A stretch of 52,408 nt of DNA from Octopus sinensis (Eukaryota). How positions within the stretch are numbered: the first letter of the stretch is position 1; every line of letters starts with the position of its first letter. Shown piece after piece: positions 49,905 to 52,408 of this stretch. A program made the position numbers and the translations under genes. The stretch lies in assembly GCF_006345805.1 (NCBI RefSeq), contig NW_021835501.1, forward strand, positions 1-52,408, read 5' to 3'. The notes under the pieces are model-generated. The model was given only the letters and a program-made list of their open reading frames with translations, made no database searches and was not told the origin of the DNA.

Positions 49905-50290
49905 CTCTTTTTATTTAGACATCATGTATCTAGGGGTGGAGCAACCTCGATAAAGTAGCCCTATGATCACAGATGTTCCATCTATGATCACTTCGCTTAT
50001 TTTCAGACAACATGTCTCTAAGGGCAGCAAACTCTGATCAAGAGCCTTATGATCGAAGATGGTCCATGTATGCCTATCCCGCTTTTTTCAACTTTCATAT
50101 ATTTAGGTAGAGGGCAGCCTTGATCAAACAGCTCTGTGATAAAACAAACAAACTGTCCTAGTTTCTTTTTCAGGCATTATTCGACTAGGTGGTGGGGTAG
50201 CCTCGATTACGTACCCTTATGATAAAAGATGGGCCTTCTATGACCATTTCGCTTTATTTATTTTTCCGACATCATATATCTAGGACTCAC
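49905..50290. repeat. Highly degenerate ~85-90 bp tandem repeat, about 4.5 units
   Basis: TTTT(C)AGACATCATGTATCTAGG-like motif at ~49912, ~50000, ~50083, ~50165, ~50260. Confidence 0.6.
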
Positions 50291-50309
50291 TTGGTAAAGG
50301 ATGCGTGGT

Positions 50310-50797
50310 GTTCGATCATATAATAATATAAATATATGCATATATACATACATATATGTACATACCTACATATATATGTATATATATATACATGCATATA
50401 TGGGTACAGGACATAAAAAAACGTTGAACACAATGAGAAACAAAAACATAAAAACAAAAACATAGAAAACGACCTTTTTTTCGAACAACGAAAAAAAAAC
50501 AAACACAGAAACGATACATGCAACATAAAGAGCTTTCACTCTCCGCAAAAAGTCCCAAATTTTATTTAATTTGCTTTGCGGGAAGGACTGTTTCAACGAA
50601 GTCGCATATTGTCCTTGCCTTCGGTACGCGGAGTAGATGAAACAGGGACAACTGATGAAGAGGAATATTATTTATGTTGCATATCTCGTTTCTCTGTTTC
50701 GTTTTCTGTTTTCGTTTCTCATTGTGTTCTATGTTTTTTGGATGTCCTGTACCCATATATGCATGTATATATACATATATATGTAAGTATGTATATA

Positions 50798-50810
<13 letters not shown>
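50310..50810. mobile_element. Foldback element with ~200-bp imperfect arms
   Basis: TGCATATATGGGTACAGGACA..AATGAGAAAC..TGCAACATAAA mirrored by TTTATGTTGCA..GTTTCTCATT..TGTCCTGTACCCATATATGCA. Confidence 0.75.
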
Positions 50811-50862
<52 letters not shown>

Positions 50863-51399
50863 GTGTGTGCGTGCGTGTGTGTGTATGTGTGTGTGCACAG
50901 CGGGGTGGAAAAGTAAGTATCGCATCAATGTTATAATAATTAATTAATTATAATTATTAGTACATTAAATTAGTTAGCTTCATTTTTGATATTTTCAGTG
51001 TCATTAATCATAATTATACATTTATCATTACTATAACAATACTTTTATCGTAACTTTTAATTTCTTTGATAAAAATAAATGAGTATTGTACGTGTTTTCT
51101 TTTTCATAACTGAATATCTACTTTTGCACCACCCTGTATGTGTCTAAGATATTTTCCCATTTTCTATTCCTGCATGTTTTAATAATTACTGGTATCTTTA
51201 TATTATATATGTAAAGCATAATATGTTATACATGTATGTATATTGTTGTAATTGTCATTTTAGTAAATAAATAAATAAATTGACATAATATAATGTCTAA
51301 AAGTTGATGAATTTGATCCCCTCCATTTTCTTATTGCTCTCTCTCTCTCTCTCTCTCTCTTTCTATATATATATATATATATAAATATATATATTTACG

Positions 51400-51650
51400 T
51401 GTGTGTGTGTGAGTCTTTGTGTCTGTGTTTGTGACCCCACCATCGCTTGACAACCGATGTTGGTGTGTTTACGTCCCCGTAAATTAGCGGTTCGGCAAAG
51501 AGAGACCGATAGAGAGACCGATAGGCTTACAAAAAATAAGTACTGGAGTCGATTTGTTCAACTAAAAAAAAAAACTCTTTAAGGCGGTGCTCCAGCATGG
51601 CCGCAGTCAAATGACTGAAACAAGTAAAAGAATAAAAGAATAAAAGAATT
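51400..51650 (+). mobile_element. SINE type C 3' half
   Basis: CATCGCTTGACAACCGATG...GACTGAAACAAGTAAAAGAATAAAAG. Confidence 0.85.
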
Positions 51651-52408
51651 TCGTGCAATGTAAGAGAAACAAAATACTTTTGGTATGTATCGCTGCGCCT
51701 TTTTTTTAATGTGCTCACTCCCACTAACTTTAAACCTGGTTACGTTTCTGACACGACACATCAATTGTAGAAAAAAAACCACAGCTGTTTGTGTAAGGTT
51801 GTAGCATTTCATATTTTCACGCTGGCTTGAAGTATTTCCTTTAATTATGTTTCAGCTTCTTTACGTACAACTTGTTTAAAAAAATATACCATTACTGGGA
51901 CTAGCTTTTCTTTATCTTCTGGTTTCCATATTCCGTGACTAATTGCTCAGGACATTGACCATGAATGCGTTAATTTGTGTCGAGGTCGTTCGCTTGTTGC
52001 AAAATGTATGCGTCATATTGCGTCTCTGTATTTCGGTTTTTGATCTTTTCGTATATGTTGGCTCAGTTTACTATGATGCACCGCATGCAGCATAGCAAAA
52101 TTTTATTTCCTCATCTCAAAGGTGGTAGGATGGGAGGAACGGTAAGACGAGAACAGTAAAATATTTTGCGTTACTTAGTTTCAACTTTTTACGTTGTAAG
52201 CTCGAATCACACTTTGTCTTTCGTTTTCCTAGGGCCAATAACATGAATAATTGGAGTTGATTTTAACCCACACCTACCTGGGTCCCATTGTCTAACTTTA
52301 TTCTCCACCTGGGCCCCTGAGAAAAAATATAAATAGTTACATATATAGCTCAAGAATAATGATTGCAGGCAAGCTAATGGACAGAATCAGCTGCATTTTC
52401 TTTTTCTA

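Noticed and set aside
50897-51136. Possible CAGGGTGG-type MITE
   Set aside because: Left TIR too diverged to call

Overview
AT-rich, microsatellite-dense eukaryotic DNA. The repeat content suggests a coleoid cephalopod (Octopus-like); that is inferred from the tRNA-derived SINE types and simple-repeat load, not verified. I can support no intact protein-coding gene. The window is a mosaic of four recurrent tRNA-derived SINE types (my labels: C, M, R, V), several MITE/foldback families, a decayed RTE-clade LINE, short pogo, Helitron and CR1/L2-type remnants, a cytosolic HSP70 pseudogene fragment and a tRNA-Glu pseudogene. The least expected signal is a set of about seven type-I minimal hammerhead ribozyme motifs in several Penelope-like or retrozyme-like repeats. 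One of these is a complete ~420-bp element (45153-45572) with terminal direct repeats and a 13-bp target-site duplication (TSD). Also notable are SINE multimers with a fixed 184-bp period and one shared junction, a tRNA-Glu/SINE-tail chimera, and a SINE with an apparent 63-77 bp TSD. All alignments were done by eye, so boundaries without a stated TSD or terminal inverted repeat (TIR) are approximate.
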